A stretch of DNA of 64,000 nt from NCBI RefSeq assembly GCF_004010195.1, contig NC_057749.1, forward strand, positions 22,825,886 through 22,889,885. The letters run 5' to 3'. The DNA comes from Chiloscyllium plagiosum. Its lineage: Eukaryota. Below, in pieces: positions 24,901 through 36,810 of the stretch (positions are counted from its first letter, which is position 1; the number at the start of each line of letters is the position of its first letter). Position numbers and translations under genes: made by a program. The notes below the pieces were generated by a model, which saw nothing but the letters and a program-made list of their open reading frames with translations, did not search any database and was not told the origin of the DNA.

Positions 24901-25314
24901 ACAAATCTTGTCATACGCGTTTACCTGCACAACATTCTCACATTCTATAATCATTGCCTCAGGTCGTACCACCGTGTGGGTGTACTGTCTGATTCCTGTA
25001 CCAAATAGAAGCCCCTCCAGGCAGGTACATTGTTCAATGCACTATCGCCTCCTTGGAGTAGATGTTCACCAGTTTAACTACTTGGGGAAGGAATGTTCAG
25101 TTACCCAGCTTCATTATCACCTCCTCATACTCACCTCATACCCTCTCTGAATCCACTTTCATTCATGAGACCAACCCTCTACTTCCATGCCCTTATTTCC
25201 AACAAAGTGCAAGAGAAACAAAGTCCTCCTGTGCTTAAATGAGTCCGTCACATCTACCTGTCCCTTTTGGCACCTATTTTAACTGATATATGTGTACACT
25301 GACTCTTTTTTTAC

Positions 25315-25540
25315 ATTAGATTCCCTACAGTGTGGAAACAGGCCCTTTGGTCCAACAAGTCCACACTGACCCTCCGAATGGTAACCCAGACCCATGTCTC
25401 TCTGTCTAATGCACCTAACACTATGGGCAATTTAGCATGGCCAATCTACCTAACCTGCACAACTTTGGACTGTGGGAGGAAACCGGAGCACCCGGAGGAA
25501 ACCCACGCAGACATGGGGAGAATGTGCAAACTCCACACAG
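25315..25540 (-). mobile_element. HE1-like SINE, 5' truncated
   Basis: V-domain and tail. Confidence 0.85.
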
Positions 25541-25547
25541 AGCCCCA

Positions 25548-25925
25548 CTTCATGTCCCACTCCAGATCCTTGAGAACAAACATCACACTGACACTCCACT
25601 GAGGGCACACTGCATAGTTGGAGGCCCTGTCTTCAGCTGAACCACTAAACCGAGGGGCTGTCTGCTGTGTCTGGTGGAGGTAAAAAAAATCCCTTTGTGG
25701 CATTTTGATGAAGCAGCTTATCCCTGATGTTCTGATCAGTGTCCATCTCTCAACCAACATCACAAAACCAGATCACCAGGTCATTATCACACTGATGTTT
25801 ACGCGCTTTGGATGTTGGCAAATTTGCTGCAGTATTTCTTATGGCTTCACTTCAAAAGCACTTTCTTAGCTGTGAAATACAAAGGTTGTGAAAGGTACTC
25901 CATAAATTGCAAGTTTATCTTACTT
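25548..25925 (+). mobile_element. SacSINE1/AmnSINE1-like DeuSINE relic
   Basis: CTGACACTCCA..CTGAGGG...GGAGG...TAAACCGAGG...GTAAAA..TCCC..TGGCA...CCCTGATGTTCTG...CTCAACCAACATCAC Deu-like domain; L2-type tail GTGAAAGG..CCATAAATTGCAAG. Confidence 0.65.
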
Positions 25926-26199
25926 TCAAAATATCATATTTGCGAACCACCACCCACGTCCAAAACTCCATCTTGTCCCAACTCCTTGTCGTATAGTATG
26001 GTATTCATATCACAGATAAAGGCCACTCAGCCCAACAGGCTAATACTGGTGCTCATGCTTCAACTGAAAATCCACCCATCCTTCAGTTTACCCCATCAAC
26101 ATATTCATCTATTCCTTTCTCCTTTATGCAGTGTCATAGTCATTGAGATCAACAGAAAAGAGAAAGACCTTGCAGTCTATTGAGTTAGCATTGGTCACA

Positions 26200-26545
26200 A
26201 CAAGCACCTTGCAGCATCAGGGTCCCAGGTTCGATTCCAGCCTTAGGTGACTGTCTGTGTGGAGTTGGCACATTCACCCCGTGTCCGTGTGGGTGCTCCA
26301 GTTTCCTCCCACAGGTGTGCAGGCTAGATGGATTTGACATGGGAAATTGCCGCATAGTGACCAGGGATGTGCAGGCTGGGTGGATTGGCGATGGGAAGTT
26401 GCCTGTGCTGCCCTGGGTTAGGTGAATTAGCTATAGGGAATGCAGGGTTACAGGGATAGGGTGAGGGAGGTGGGTTGTGAAATGGTCTTTGGTGCAAACT
26501 TAATGTGCCAAATTGCCTCATTGCATGCTGTAGGCATTCTATGGT
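26200..26545 (+). mobile_element. HE1-like SINE variant with internal repeats
   Basis: B box GGTTCGATTCC, V-domain, repeated GTGCAGGCT(A/G)G.TGGATT. Confidence 0.8.
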
Positions 26546-27159
26546 AGAGAGCTGCTAGAATTGGCAATCATTCACCATACGTAACCAAATATCCCAAAGC
26601 CAAAGACTGACTCTGAAAACATGCTGCTCATGTTACAATATGACAGTCACAGGCAGTGGAACCCGGCTACGCAGCCATGCTTTGAATACCTATGGGACGA
26701 AGCAGGGTAAAGGGGCAGCTTATTCAGGGAGTGCCCTTGGTGCACTGGGGGTTGGGGGGGGGCGAACATAAGATGCCATTTCAGCTTTGCTTCTGTAACT
26801 CCTACCTGAAAGAAGCTGCCCACCCCTCACCCCCTTGTATCTGTCCCAAACATAAAACCCTCAGAATTACCTTTGTCCACAGCAGTGACTCTCTTCAGGA
26901 CTCCTCCTACACTACCAGCAGTGCTAGGATTGAGCTTTGGTGATGCCTTGAGTGGTGGACCTGTCAGCCAATCAGATTGGCTAGCAGTTCCTGAGGGCAG
27001 GACACCTACCCGAGTGAAGGCAGAAAGAAAATAGAAGCTGGAGGAGGTCATTCAGCCCTCAAGGCCAGTCGCCATTCAATGTGATCATGGCTGATCCTCC
27101 GACTCAGTTTTGTGTTTCTGCTTTCTCCCCAAATCTTTCGATCCCTTTTGGCATCCAAC

Positions 27160-28720
27160 AAAATGCCACATAAAAGGCTTTCCGTAGAAGATAGGAACTC
27201 ATGATTTGGAGACACTAAAGACTGCAGATGCTGGAACTCAGAGTCAAGAGATAACTGGATTCCTTACAGTGTGGAAACAGGCCCTTCGGCCCAACAAGTC
27301 CACACCGACCCTCCGAAGAGTAACCCACCCATTCCCATTTCCGTCTGACTAATGCACCTAACACTACAGGCAACTTAGAATGGCCAATTCACTTGACCCG
27401 CACATCTTTGGACTGTGGGAGGAAACACATGCAGACACAGGGAGAATGTGCAAACTCCACACAGACAGTCGCCCGAGGCTGGAATCCAACCTGGGACCCT
27501 GGTGCAGTGAGGCAGCAGTGCTAACCACTGAGCCACCATGCCAGATGTGGAACTGGAAAAGCACAGCAGGTTAGACAGCATCCAAGGGGCCGGAGAGTCC
27601 AGGGTTTTGGCTCGATGCTGTCTAACCTGCTGTGCTTTTAGCTCCACATCTATTGACTAAGAACCAATGATGTTGGGGTGATATATTCGCATGGATTGAA
27701 GATTGGCTAACAAACAGCAAACCAAATAAATGGATCATTTTCAGATTAGCAAACTCTAACTAGTTGCGTGCCACAGGGATTAGTGCTAGGACCACAATCT
27801 TTCTGAATGACAAAGATGAAGGGGCCAACTGCATCATAGCCAAATTTGCTACTGCTTTGCATATGCGTGTGACAGTAAATTGTGAAAAAAAGATACAAAG
27901 AGTTGATAAATGGATACAATTAGGTTAAAGGAGTAGAGAGACATCTGGCAGAAATATCACGTGGGAAAATGTGAGGTTCATCACTTTAGCAGGAAGAACG
28001 TAAAAGCAGGATATTACATAAATGGTGAAATACTGCAGAATGCTGCAGAGCAGAGGGATTTGGGTGTTAATCACGAATCAAAAAATGCTCATGTGTACAA
28101 CAAGTAATTAGGAAGTGAAATGGAATATTGCTCTTTAGAACATAGAACAATACAGCGCAGAACAGGCCCTTCAGTCCTCAATGTTGCGCCAACCCGTGAA
28201 CTATTCTCAGCTTGTCCCCCGACACTATCCCATCATCAACCGTGTGCTTATCCATGTCCTTTGTGGGATAACTTAAGGTTGTATAACAAAAGGTGACATG
28301 TCAGCTCAGACAATGTACTAAAGGTGTGAAGTCAGAGTCTGCCTGTAACGCAATCCTGAGTCAGACTGGTTCTATTTCCTAAGTGGGATGTATGAAATAT
28401 TACATGTGTCAGCTGCCTGCAGATTGTATTTTGCTCAAAAAATGCACAATGTATTTGCAAATATCATTGCTGGAAGTGGGTTGGAGTATTAAAAATAAGG
28501 AGGTTTAGGGCATTAGTGAAATTGCATTTAGCATCCTATGTGCAGTTTTACTTACTTGCAACAGAAGTACTTCAGAGAATGTTCCCTCGACTGGTTCCTT
28601 GAATGAAAAGGTTGTGCTATGAGGGAATGTTGAGTAGGGTTTGGTCTATGTGCAATGACATTTTAAAGTTTGCAATGTATCTTCTTGAAACATACGAGAT
28701 TCTGAGAGGACTTAGGTTGA
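27160..28720 (+). mobile_element. Old CR1 RT region with nested family A hairpin (27216-27658), SINE and CR1 tail
   Basis: GVPQG-like (TGCGTGCCACAGGGA), AKFA and KCEVHHF motifs. Confidence 0.65.
27258..27543 (-). mobile_element. HE1-like SINE inserted in a family A hairpin
   Basis: Full head-to-tail match to HE1 copies; family A arm continues on both sides. Confidence 0.9.
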
Positions 28721-28724
28721 TGTT

Positions 28725-29190
28725 TTGATTTGATTTGATTTATTATTGTCACATGCACCTAGGTACAGTGAAAAGTTTTGTTTTGTTTGCATTTCGGGCT
28801 GATCATACTATACAAAGTGCATCAGGATAATAGAACAGAGCGAGGAATACAATGTTATGGCTGTAGAGATGGTGCATAAAGGGCAAGATCAACATTTAAA
28901 TTTAAAATTTGAGAGGTCCATTCTGAAATCTAATAACAGCAGGGAAGAAGCTGTTCTTGAATCTGTTGATACATGTGTTTAAGTTTTTGTCCCTTCTGCC
29001 CAATGGAAGAGGGTTGGGAGAGAGTAAAACTGGGGTGGGAGGGGTCTTTGATGATGTTGGCTGCCTTCCTGAGGCAGTGGGAAGTGTAGATGGAGTCAAT
29101 AGATGGAAGGTTGGCTTGTGTGAGGGACTGGGCTGTGTTCACAACTCGCTGCAGTTTCTTCTGATCCTGGGCAAATGGTTCCCACATGCC
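28725..29190 (-). mobile_element. Rex1/Babar-type LINE 3' end
   Basis: KKLQRVVNTAQSLTQANLPSIDSIYTSHCLRKAANIIKDPSHP and NRFKNSFFPAVIR; (AAATC)n tail. Confidence 0.8.
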
Positions 29191-29244
29191 AATCATTGGG
29201 GCAGAATCTTCTAATCCTAATTAGATAGGATAGTGGGGTTCCTG

Positions 29245-29436
29245 AGAGAGAGAGACAGACAGACAGTGCGTGTGTATAAGTGTGTGTGTGTCTGTGTGTG
29301 TTTGAGTGTTAATATGTGTGTATGAATGTGTGCACGTGTATGAGTGTGAGTGTGTGAGTGTGTGTGTGGAGATGAATGTGTGTGAGTGTGCGAGTGTGTG
29401 GTTGTGTATGTGTGAGGGTATGAGTGTGCGTGTGAG
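29245..29436. repeat. Degenerate (TG)n/(GA)n microsatellite
   Basis: Directly visible. Confidence 0.9.
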
Positions 29437-29509
29437 TGGTCAAGATTCTATGGCTTTAAAAGATGTATTTTCTCCTTTTTTTGAAGAGAGGCTTTAAGAC
29501 ATTTGTGGG

Positions 29510-30100
29510 TGAAGATATGGACCCCTCCAGAGGGCCTCTTGGTTTCAAAATTGGTCAAAAGAATCAACAAAATGCGATCTGTACGAAACAAGGTCATTAG
29601 TTTAATAAAGTAAGGCAGCCTGACGCAATTCTGTCCAGCAACACAAAAGTTAAAACTTCTGTGCTCCATGGCAAAATTGCACAATTACAATTGAACAGTA
29701 AATATTTGTATATGTTTTTTGAGAGACTTTACAGCCTTAATTACAGGAAAAGACCAATCAACTGTAATATGATGACACGATTGACAACAGGTTAATCCAA
29801 TGATATTTCCTGGGAAACGGTTCTTGTTTTACATAAATCGTCATTTCATGCTAACAGTTCAAGGTTAGTTTGAGTGGTCAATTAATGGCTCATAATCATT
29901 TTATGAAAACTCCATTGTTTGCCTTATCTTCTATTTCAGCTAATTCAGCAAAGCAGCAGTACCGGTTCACAATTGTCAAATCATAACTTGAAGCCATTTT
30001 GTTGTGTTATTTTAAACTGAAAAGCCATTTTGTCGTTAATAAAAACCTACACATACTTGTTTCTTCTGACAACAGCGAGGATCCAAAATTTGAATCCTCA
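29510..30100 (-). mobile_element. Putative endogenous retrovirus 3' LTR
   Basis: Minus strand begins TGAGGAT right after polypurine tract AAAGTGGGGAGA (30112-30101) and ends ATCTTCA (imperfect terminal inverted repeat); ATTAAA near 29605. Confidence 0.65.
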
Positions 30101-30166
30101 TCTCCCCACTTTGGTCATTCCATGACCACATCATAAATGCGAACGCATGGATTGAATTAATCCAAT

Positions 30167-30517
30167 TCACTGGCAGCCAAAGACTGCCATAGCTCTTCTT
30201 CCTTCTCCCAGGAGGGACCACAGGGCAGGCAATGGTGTTTCCTCGTCTTCATTTAAATGGAGAAGGATTTTCTGAGTGGAATCAATGTTGTCAATTGAAG
30301 CTAATATTTTAGCAATGATACATTTAACAACAGCAATACCAACAAAAAGACCAACTAAAATAATAGCAACACATATAGCCGTATTGATTAACCAGTTGTA
30401 CCATGAGCTGAATCCCCAATCTCCCCATTTTGCACCTGCATTCATTTGATTGACAAAAGTTATCTATAAAGATGTTATCTGTATGTCTAGTAATGTTTTC
30501 GATGAGAGATTTGAATG
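30167..30517 (-). pseudogene. Retroviral envelope TM-subunit C-terminal fragment
   Basis: ORF 30167-30445: Trp-rich membrane-proximal KWGDWGFSSWYNWL, hydrophobic span INTAICVAIILVGLFVGIAVV, cytoplasmic KCIIAKI; frameshifted upstream ENITRH; position just 5' of PPT and LTR. Confidence 0.6.
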
Positions 30518-31250
30518 TTTTGAAGAGAGGGTTTAAGACATATGAGGGGAGCTGTCTATTTGAATCAAATAAAGTAAACAGCTTGTGAGGCCTTAAGGTT
30601 TTTTAAAATTGGAACAATAGAAGCAGACTGAATGGGTGTGGCCTGCTCCCACTGAACCCAGGGTTATTTACTTTAGTTTATCAGTAGTAGTTGCTGGGGA
30701 CTTGAAGCTGGGTGTGGAAGCCCCCTGCTACTCTCTCTCTCTCTCTCAGTCTTTTCTCTTGATGCCTCCTGGACTGGAGAATTGCCCATGAGAAAATCTA
30801 TTTTATTGAATTTGTCTTACCAAGGGTATATTTATGGGATGTGACTATATTGAAACAATTACTGTTTAGTAGTTAAATAACCTATCGCTGTGATAAATTT
30901 TCCAGTAGAGTTAAGTAATTCCAATTACTTCTTTCTTTTGTTGTATTTTAATTATTGTATATGAATAAAGTGTATTTTGCTATGAAATGGATAGCTTGAC
31001 CACAGAATGCAATGCCTGCGTATGAGTGTGTGTCTGGGTGAGTGTATGTGGGTGTCTGTGTTTATGTGCATGTAAGTGTATGTGTGTCTGTGTAAGTGTG
31101 TGTGTCTGTATGAGTGTGTGTTTATGTATGTCTGTGCTTGTTTCTCTGTGTGGTGTCTGTGAGAGTGTGTGCACGTGTGTGTCTGTGAGATTGAGTATGT
31201 GTTTGTGTGAGTGTCTATCTGTTTGTCTGCGTGTGTGTGTGTGAGAGAGA

Positions 31251-31396
31251 GATGTGGAGGTGCCAGTGTTGGACCGGGGTGGACAAAGTCAGAAGCCACA
31301 CAACACCAGGTTTCACCTGACGAAGGAGCAACGTTCCGAAAGCTTGTGATTTCAAATAAACCTGTTGGACTACAACCTGGTGTCATGTGACTCCTG
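31251..31396. mobile_element. Family B hairpin mini-element
   Basis: CACACAACACCAGGTT ... AACCTGGTGTCATGTG inverted arms. Confidence 0.75.
31314..31348 (+). ncRNA. Minimal hammerhead ribozyme (family B), intact
   Basis: CAC-CUGACGA-A-GGAGC(AAC)GUUCC-GAAA-GC-UU-GUG: stem I CAC/GUG, stem II, palindromic AAGCUU. Confidence 0.85.
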
Positions 31397-32475
31397 GCTG
31401 TCTGTGTGTATGTGTTTTCGTGTGTGTGTGTGTTTGTGTGCGCGCGCGCGTGTGTCTGCGTTTGTGTGTGTGTCTGCGTTTGTGTGCGCGTGTGTGTGTG
31501 TGTTTGTGTGCGCGCGCGCATGTGTCTGCGTTTGTGTGTGTGTCTGCGTTTGTGTGCGCGTGTGTTTCGTCCCCCTTCACGAATAACCACACTCTGCCCT
31601 TTCTCTCTGTAATTCTGGACTTTACTCTAAACCTGCTCTCCTTTAGAACTCACTCTTCTCTTTTAAAACACCCCTTAAAGCCTACCTCTTTTACCAAGCT
31701 TCCAATTACTCATCCAGAATATTACATTAGGTGGATCGGCTTAAATGTTGCTTGTTAAGTCTCCTATGAAGTACCTTGGGCTATCTGAAAATGAAATATG
31801 TTTATATGAACTCTCCTCATAACTTACATTGCGATGAATCAACATTTTACTCCTCACATGGTCAGTATGTCCTTAAAGTGAAATGCCCAAAAATATGAGG
31901 AACGTTCAAATCAGAGCTTTACATAGCCAAAGGAACACTTCCTCCATTTTATATCTGAGAAGGATTTTTGATTTTACTTCTGTCCTGACCAGTACTTTTT
32001 AATAATCTGTGTACAATGGACCGCTAAGTACCTCTGGAAGTCCAGTGTTCTGATTCTGAACATTAAAAATTACTCAGATCTGTTACTTTTCGAGCAAAAT
32101 AAATGCCTTCATGCCTAACGGTACTGAAATCCATCAGCTACAGTTTTGTCTCCTCACATCATCTATCAATGACTCTGTAATGTTATGTTTCTGTCTGTAG
32201 TATTTATAAGCCACCAATCTTTTTGTCATCAGCACACATGAATATATGTCCCTCTACTGTGTTATCTAAAGTCATTAATAAATGTAGTGAATCATTAAGG
32301 TCCCAACACAGGTACTTGTGGGACACGACTTTCTTCCAATTTGAGTACATATGCAATCTCTCTGTTGTCTTTTACCCTCCAACCAATCTCCTAACCAGGT
32401 CAACAATTTGCCTTCAAATCCATGAGTTTTAATTGTATCCAACGGTCTCTTTTTGCAGAACTGCACCAAATAAAG

Positions 32476-33225
32476 TCAGAGTCATAGTCATAGAGATATA
32501 CAGCACGGAAACAGACCCTTCAGTCCAACTCGTCCATTTCGACCAGATATCCCAACCCAATCTAGCCCCACCTGCCAGCACCCGGCCCATATCTCTCCAA
32601 ACTCTTCCTATTCATATACCCATCCAAATGCCTTTTAAATGCTGTAATTGTACCAGCCGCCACCAGTTCTCTCGCAGCTCATTCCATACATATACCATCC
32701 TCTGCATGAAAAAGTTGTTGCTTAGGTCCCTTTTATATCTTTCCCCTCTCACCCTAAACCAATTCCGTCCAGTTCAGGACTCCCCCACGCCAGGGAAAAG
32801 AGTTTGTCTACTTATCCTATCCATGACCCTCATGACCTTATGAACCTACATAAGGTCACCCCTTAGTCTCCAACGCTCTGAGGAAAACAGTCCCAGCCTG
32901 TTCAGCCTTTCCCTGTAGCTCAAATCCTCCAACTCTGGCAACATCCTTGTAAACCTTTCAAGTTTCACAACATCTTTCTGATAGGAAGGACACCAGAACT
33001 GCATGCAAAATTCCAAAAGTAGCCTAACCAATGTCCTGTACAGCCGCAACATGACCTCCCAACTCCGATACTCAATACTCTGACCAATAAAGGAAAGCAT
33101 ACCAAACACCTTCTTCACTATTCTATCTACCTGCGACTCTACTTTCAAGGAGCTATGAACCTGCACTCCAACATCTCTTTGTTCACCAACACTACTGAAG
33201 ACCCTATCATTAAGTTATAAGTCCT
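32476..33225 (-). mobile_element. CR1 (HER1-like) 3' fragment
   Basis: ORF 32846-33166 QVHSSLKVESQVDRIVKKVFGMLSFIGQSIEYRSWEVMLRLYRTLVR. Confidence 0.9.
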
Positions 33226-33249
33226 TTGACTCATTACGAGTGTCTTTGG

Positions 33250-34420
33250 AAGTTCAGCAGCATTGTAGACAGCGTCGACAATAGTGTAAAGTTACAAAGG
33301 GATGTTGATAGACAAAGTGAATGGGCAAAACTATGGCAGGTGAAGCTCAAGGTAAGCTCAATGTAAGCAAATGTGGGGTTATTCGTTTTGGATTGATAAA
33401 GGGATAGATCAGAGTTCTTTCCAGATGGTATAAAGTTAAATACAATGGAGGTTGGAGGCTCAGATTCCTAGGTCATTAAAATGTTACAAACAGGTACAGA
33501 AAATAATCAAGAAAGCTCATGGAATGCTGGACTTCATATCTCAAGGGCTGGAGTACACAGATGCAGAAGTTACAAAAGCTGAAAGAACTGGACATGCTGT
33601 AAATCAGAAACAAAAACAAAAATTGCTGGAAAAGCTCAGCACTGGCAGCATCTGTGGAGAGAAATCAGAGTTAATGTCTCTGATTGAGTGACCTTTCCTC
33701 AGAACTGATGCAGAAGTTACATTGCACTTATACAAAAGCCTGGTTAGACCCCACTTGGTAACTCTGAGCAGATCGGGGCAGCACACCTTAGGAAGGTGTG
33801 CAATGTAGGTTTACAAGAATGATAGCTGGACTTCAGGGGGTCAGGTTATGTGAGAGATGATACAAATTAGGTCTGCTTTCTCTAGAATTTTGAAGGTTAA
33901 GGGGTGATCTTATCAAAGACTTCAAGATAAGAACATGATAAGGAGGTGGCGGTGTTAGACTGGGGAATTAAAAATCACACAACACCACGTTATAGTCCAA
34001 CAGGATTTATTTGGAAGCACTAGCTTTCAAAGCACTGCTCAAGAAGCTACGAAGCTTTAACTAAGATAGCAACAGGAACAGACAAGGTACGTTCAGGGAA
34101 GACAGAAAAGATGCACTGTTTCCTCTGCTTGGGGATTCTAGATCTAGGGGTATAATCTGAAAATTAGGTCCAGACCTTTCAGAAGATATGTTAGGGAGCA
34201 TTTCCAGACATAAAAGTTGGTAGATCTTCCACAAATCTCAGTGGATGCTGGATCAGCTGTTAGTTTTAAATCTGAGATGGGTAATGTCTTTGTCAACCAA
34301 AACGACATCGGCCAAAAGCAAGTTTACGGAGTTAGGCCACAGATCAGCCACCATCTCATTGAGTGATGGAACAAGTTTGAGGGGCTGAATGGCCTACTCC
34401 AATTCCTATGTTCCTACATT
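33250..34420 (+). mobile_element. CR1 LINE 3' region with nested family C and B mini-elements
   Basis: KQVQKIIKKAHGMLDFISQGLEY in ORF 33452-33691; CR1 tail near 34380. Confidence 0.8.
33575..33706 (-). mobile_element. Single-arm family C mini-insertion
   Basis: Perfect 15 bp TSD GATGCAGAAGTTACA (33560-33574 and 33707-33721); begins AGTTCTGAGGA on the minus strand. Confidence 0.85.
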
Positions 34421-34555
34421 CTCTGCACTTGCCTTTATCAGCCGTGTCACAGATTATAAAAGCAAGGAGGTGATGTTGGAGTTTTATACAAAACTTTGGT
34501 TGGGCGACAGCAGGAGTGCGGTGTGCATTTCCGGTCACCGCATTGTCGGAAGGAT

Positions 34556-36085
34556 TTGAATTTGAATGATTTCATTGTGACATGTATTTTAGAAAATACA
34601 GTGAAAAGTGTTTTGTCACCATAATTTTGGAATACAAAGTGAACAAAAAGAAATTGCGTCAATAGATCTTCAACTTATGTTCAACTGACAGAAAAATATA
34701 AAAGCAGAAAAATAAGCAATAATGTTTAACTTTACAGCTCAGCTCCGGGTTTCCTTAAGATCTCTGGGGTTTCTGTGAAGTGTTCCAGTCTCCAAGCCAC
34801 AATGAATCCTCATTCTGGGTCCAGGTGATCCTCCATGAATTCCTGGCTCTGCTCCCACAGTCAGACAGACATTGTTAGGAGTCTTGATCCGTGCCCAGCA
34901 TGCAGCCAAAACTGCAGCCCCTGTCTCACTGACATCACTAGGAAGTCCCAATCCAGGCCCAACATCATTAGGAGCCGCAATCCGGGCCCAACATCATTAG
35001 GAGTCCCAATACAGGCCCAGCATCACTAGGAGTCCCAATCCGGGCTCAACATCATTCAGGGTCCCAATCCGGGCCCAACATCATTCGGGGTGTCAATCCG
35101 GGCCCAACATCACTAGAAGTCCCAATCCGGGCTCAACATCACTACGAGCCCAATCCGGGCCCAACATCATTCGGGGTCCCAATCCGGGCCCAACATCACT
35201 AGGAGTCCCAATCCAGGCCCAGCATCACTAGGAGTCCCAATCCGGGCCCAGCATCACTAGGAGTCCCAATCCGGGCCCAGCATCACTAGGAGTCCCAATC
35301 CGGGCCCAACATCACTAGGAGTCCCAATCCGGGCCCAACATCATTTGGGGTCCCAATCCGGGCCCAACATCACTAGGAGTCCCAATCCAGGCCAAGCATC
35401 ACTAGGAGTCCCAATCCGAGCCCAACATCACTAGGAGTCCCAATCCGGGCCCAACATCTTTCGGGGTCCCAATCTGGGCCCAACATCACTAGGAGTCCCA
35501 ATCCGGGCCAAGCATCATTCGGGGTCCCAATCCGGGCCCAACATCACTAGGAGTCCCAATCCAGGCCCAGTATCACTAGGAGTCCCAATCCGGGCTGAGC
35601 ATCACTCGGAATCTCAATCCGGGCCGAGCATCACGAGGAGTCCCAATCCGGGCCGAACATCACTAGGAGTCCCAATCCGGGCTGAGCATCACTCGGAATC
35701 TCAATCCGGGCCGAGCATCACGAGGAGTCCCAATCCGGGCTGAGCATCACTAGGAGTCCCAATCCGGGCTGAGCATCACTAGGAATCTCAATCCAGGCTG
35801 AGCATCACTAGGAATCTGAATCCAGGCCCTCCACACAGCCAAAGCTGCCCAATCCTTCCTCCAGGCCTATCTGAACCATGAGCAACCACTGCAGTCACAG
35901 CCTTCACCATGAGTCCTGCTCCAGCCTCCCCTGTGATGACCCCTCCTCCACTGCCAACAGGAAGATGAAGATGACGAATCAAAATCAGAAAGAAGACAAA
36001 AAGAGAAGAGAAAGGATGTGGCCAACCTGGAGCAGACAGGCTCAGGACCCTGAACGCCACCTACCAGGCTGGTAACGCCACCTTG
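34556..36085 (-). mobile_element. Non-coding element with Rex1-like tail and a large internal minisatellite, inserted in CR1
   Basis: Minus 5' end GGTGGCG...GGGTCCTGAGCC plus pyrimidine tract as in 16484-16620; 3' TTTTCACTGTA...GTCACAATGAAATC. Confidence 0.55.
34925..35829. repeat. 29 bp minisatellite (GGAGTCCCAATCCGGGCCCAACATCACTA), about 31 units
   Basis: Directly visible head-to-tail units with variant blocks and no spacers. Confidence 0.95.
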
Positions 36086-36209
36086 GATTGAGAATACAGA
36101 AGCATTCAGAAAAGGAATTGTTCTGTCTGACAAAAATATTGAGGGACATAGGGTATGATTTAAAATGTCTAAACTAGATGTTGAATCTGGAAGGCTGCAA
36201 AACACTGTG

Positions 36210-36810
36210 ATGCTATGGAGTGGGTACAGAGGAGATTCACCTGCTGTTGGCTGGAACAGTTAGCGATGAAGAGAGACTGGATAAACTCAGGTTGTTTTCT
36301 TCAGAGCAGAGAAGGCTGAGGAGGGATGTGATTGATGTGTACAACACAATGAGGGCATGGACAGAGTGGGTAGGAAACAGTTTCATTGAAGGGTGAATAA
36401 TAATTTTAAGTTGAAAGGCAGTTGACTTAGAGAGCATTTGAGGAAAACGTTCTCACCCAGAGAATGGTGGGAATCTGGAATGCACTGCCTGGGAATCCTC
36501 AAAGCTATTATACAGTACTTGGATGAGCATTTGAAATTTTGTAACATTCAAGGCTGTGGGCTGTACAATTGCAACATTTAAGAGGCATTTGGATGGGTAT
36601 ATGAATAGGAAGGGTTTGGAGGGATATGGGCCGGGTGCTGGCAGGTGGGACTAGATTGGGATGGGATAACTGGTCGGCATGGACGGGTTGGACCGAAGGG
36701 TCTGTTTCCATCTCTAGGGACTCTATAAGTGATGGAAAGTGGGGCTACAGTAGATTTTGTTGGTGCTGATTTGATGGGCCATTCGAAACTGAATGATTCT
36801 ATGATATATT
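36210..36810 (+). mobile_element. CR1 3' fragments (continuation of 34425-34555, with nested HER1-like tail 36562-36728)
   Basis: RLDKLRLFSSEQRRLRRDVIDVY. Confidence 0.8.

Larger units (their letters stand above)
29437..31012 (+). mobile_element. LTR (family of 8948-9652) split by a retroviral fragment
   Basis: TGGCTTTAA start matches 8961; 30550-31012 is colinear with 9140-9550. Confidence 0.65.
31015..31565. repeat. (TG)n and (TG/CG)n microsatellites flanking a mini-element
   Basis: Directly visible; source of the spurious 212 aa ORF. Confidence 0.9.

Noticed and set aside
30952..31590. Longest ORF (212 aa, His/Thr-rich)
   Set aside because: Translation of (CA)n microsatellites plus a mini-element
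34925..35829. CRISPR-like array of 29 bp repeats
   Set aside because: Units abut with no unique spacers, there are no cas genes and the context is eukaryotic; it is a minisatellite
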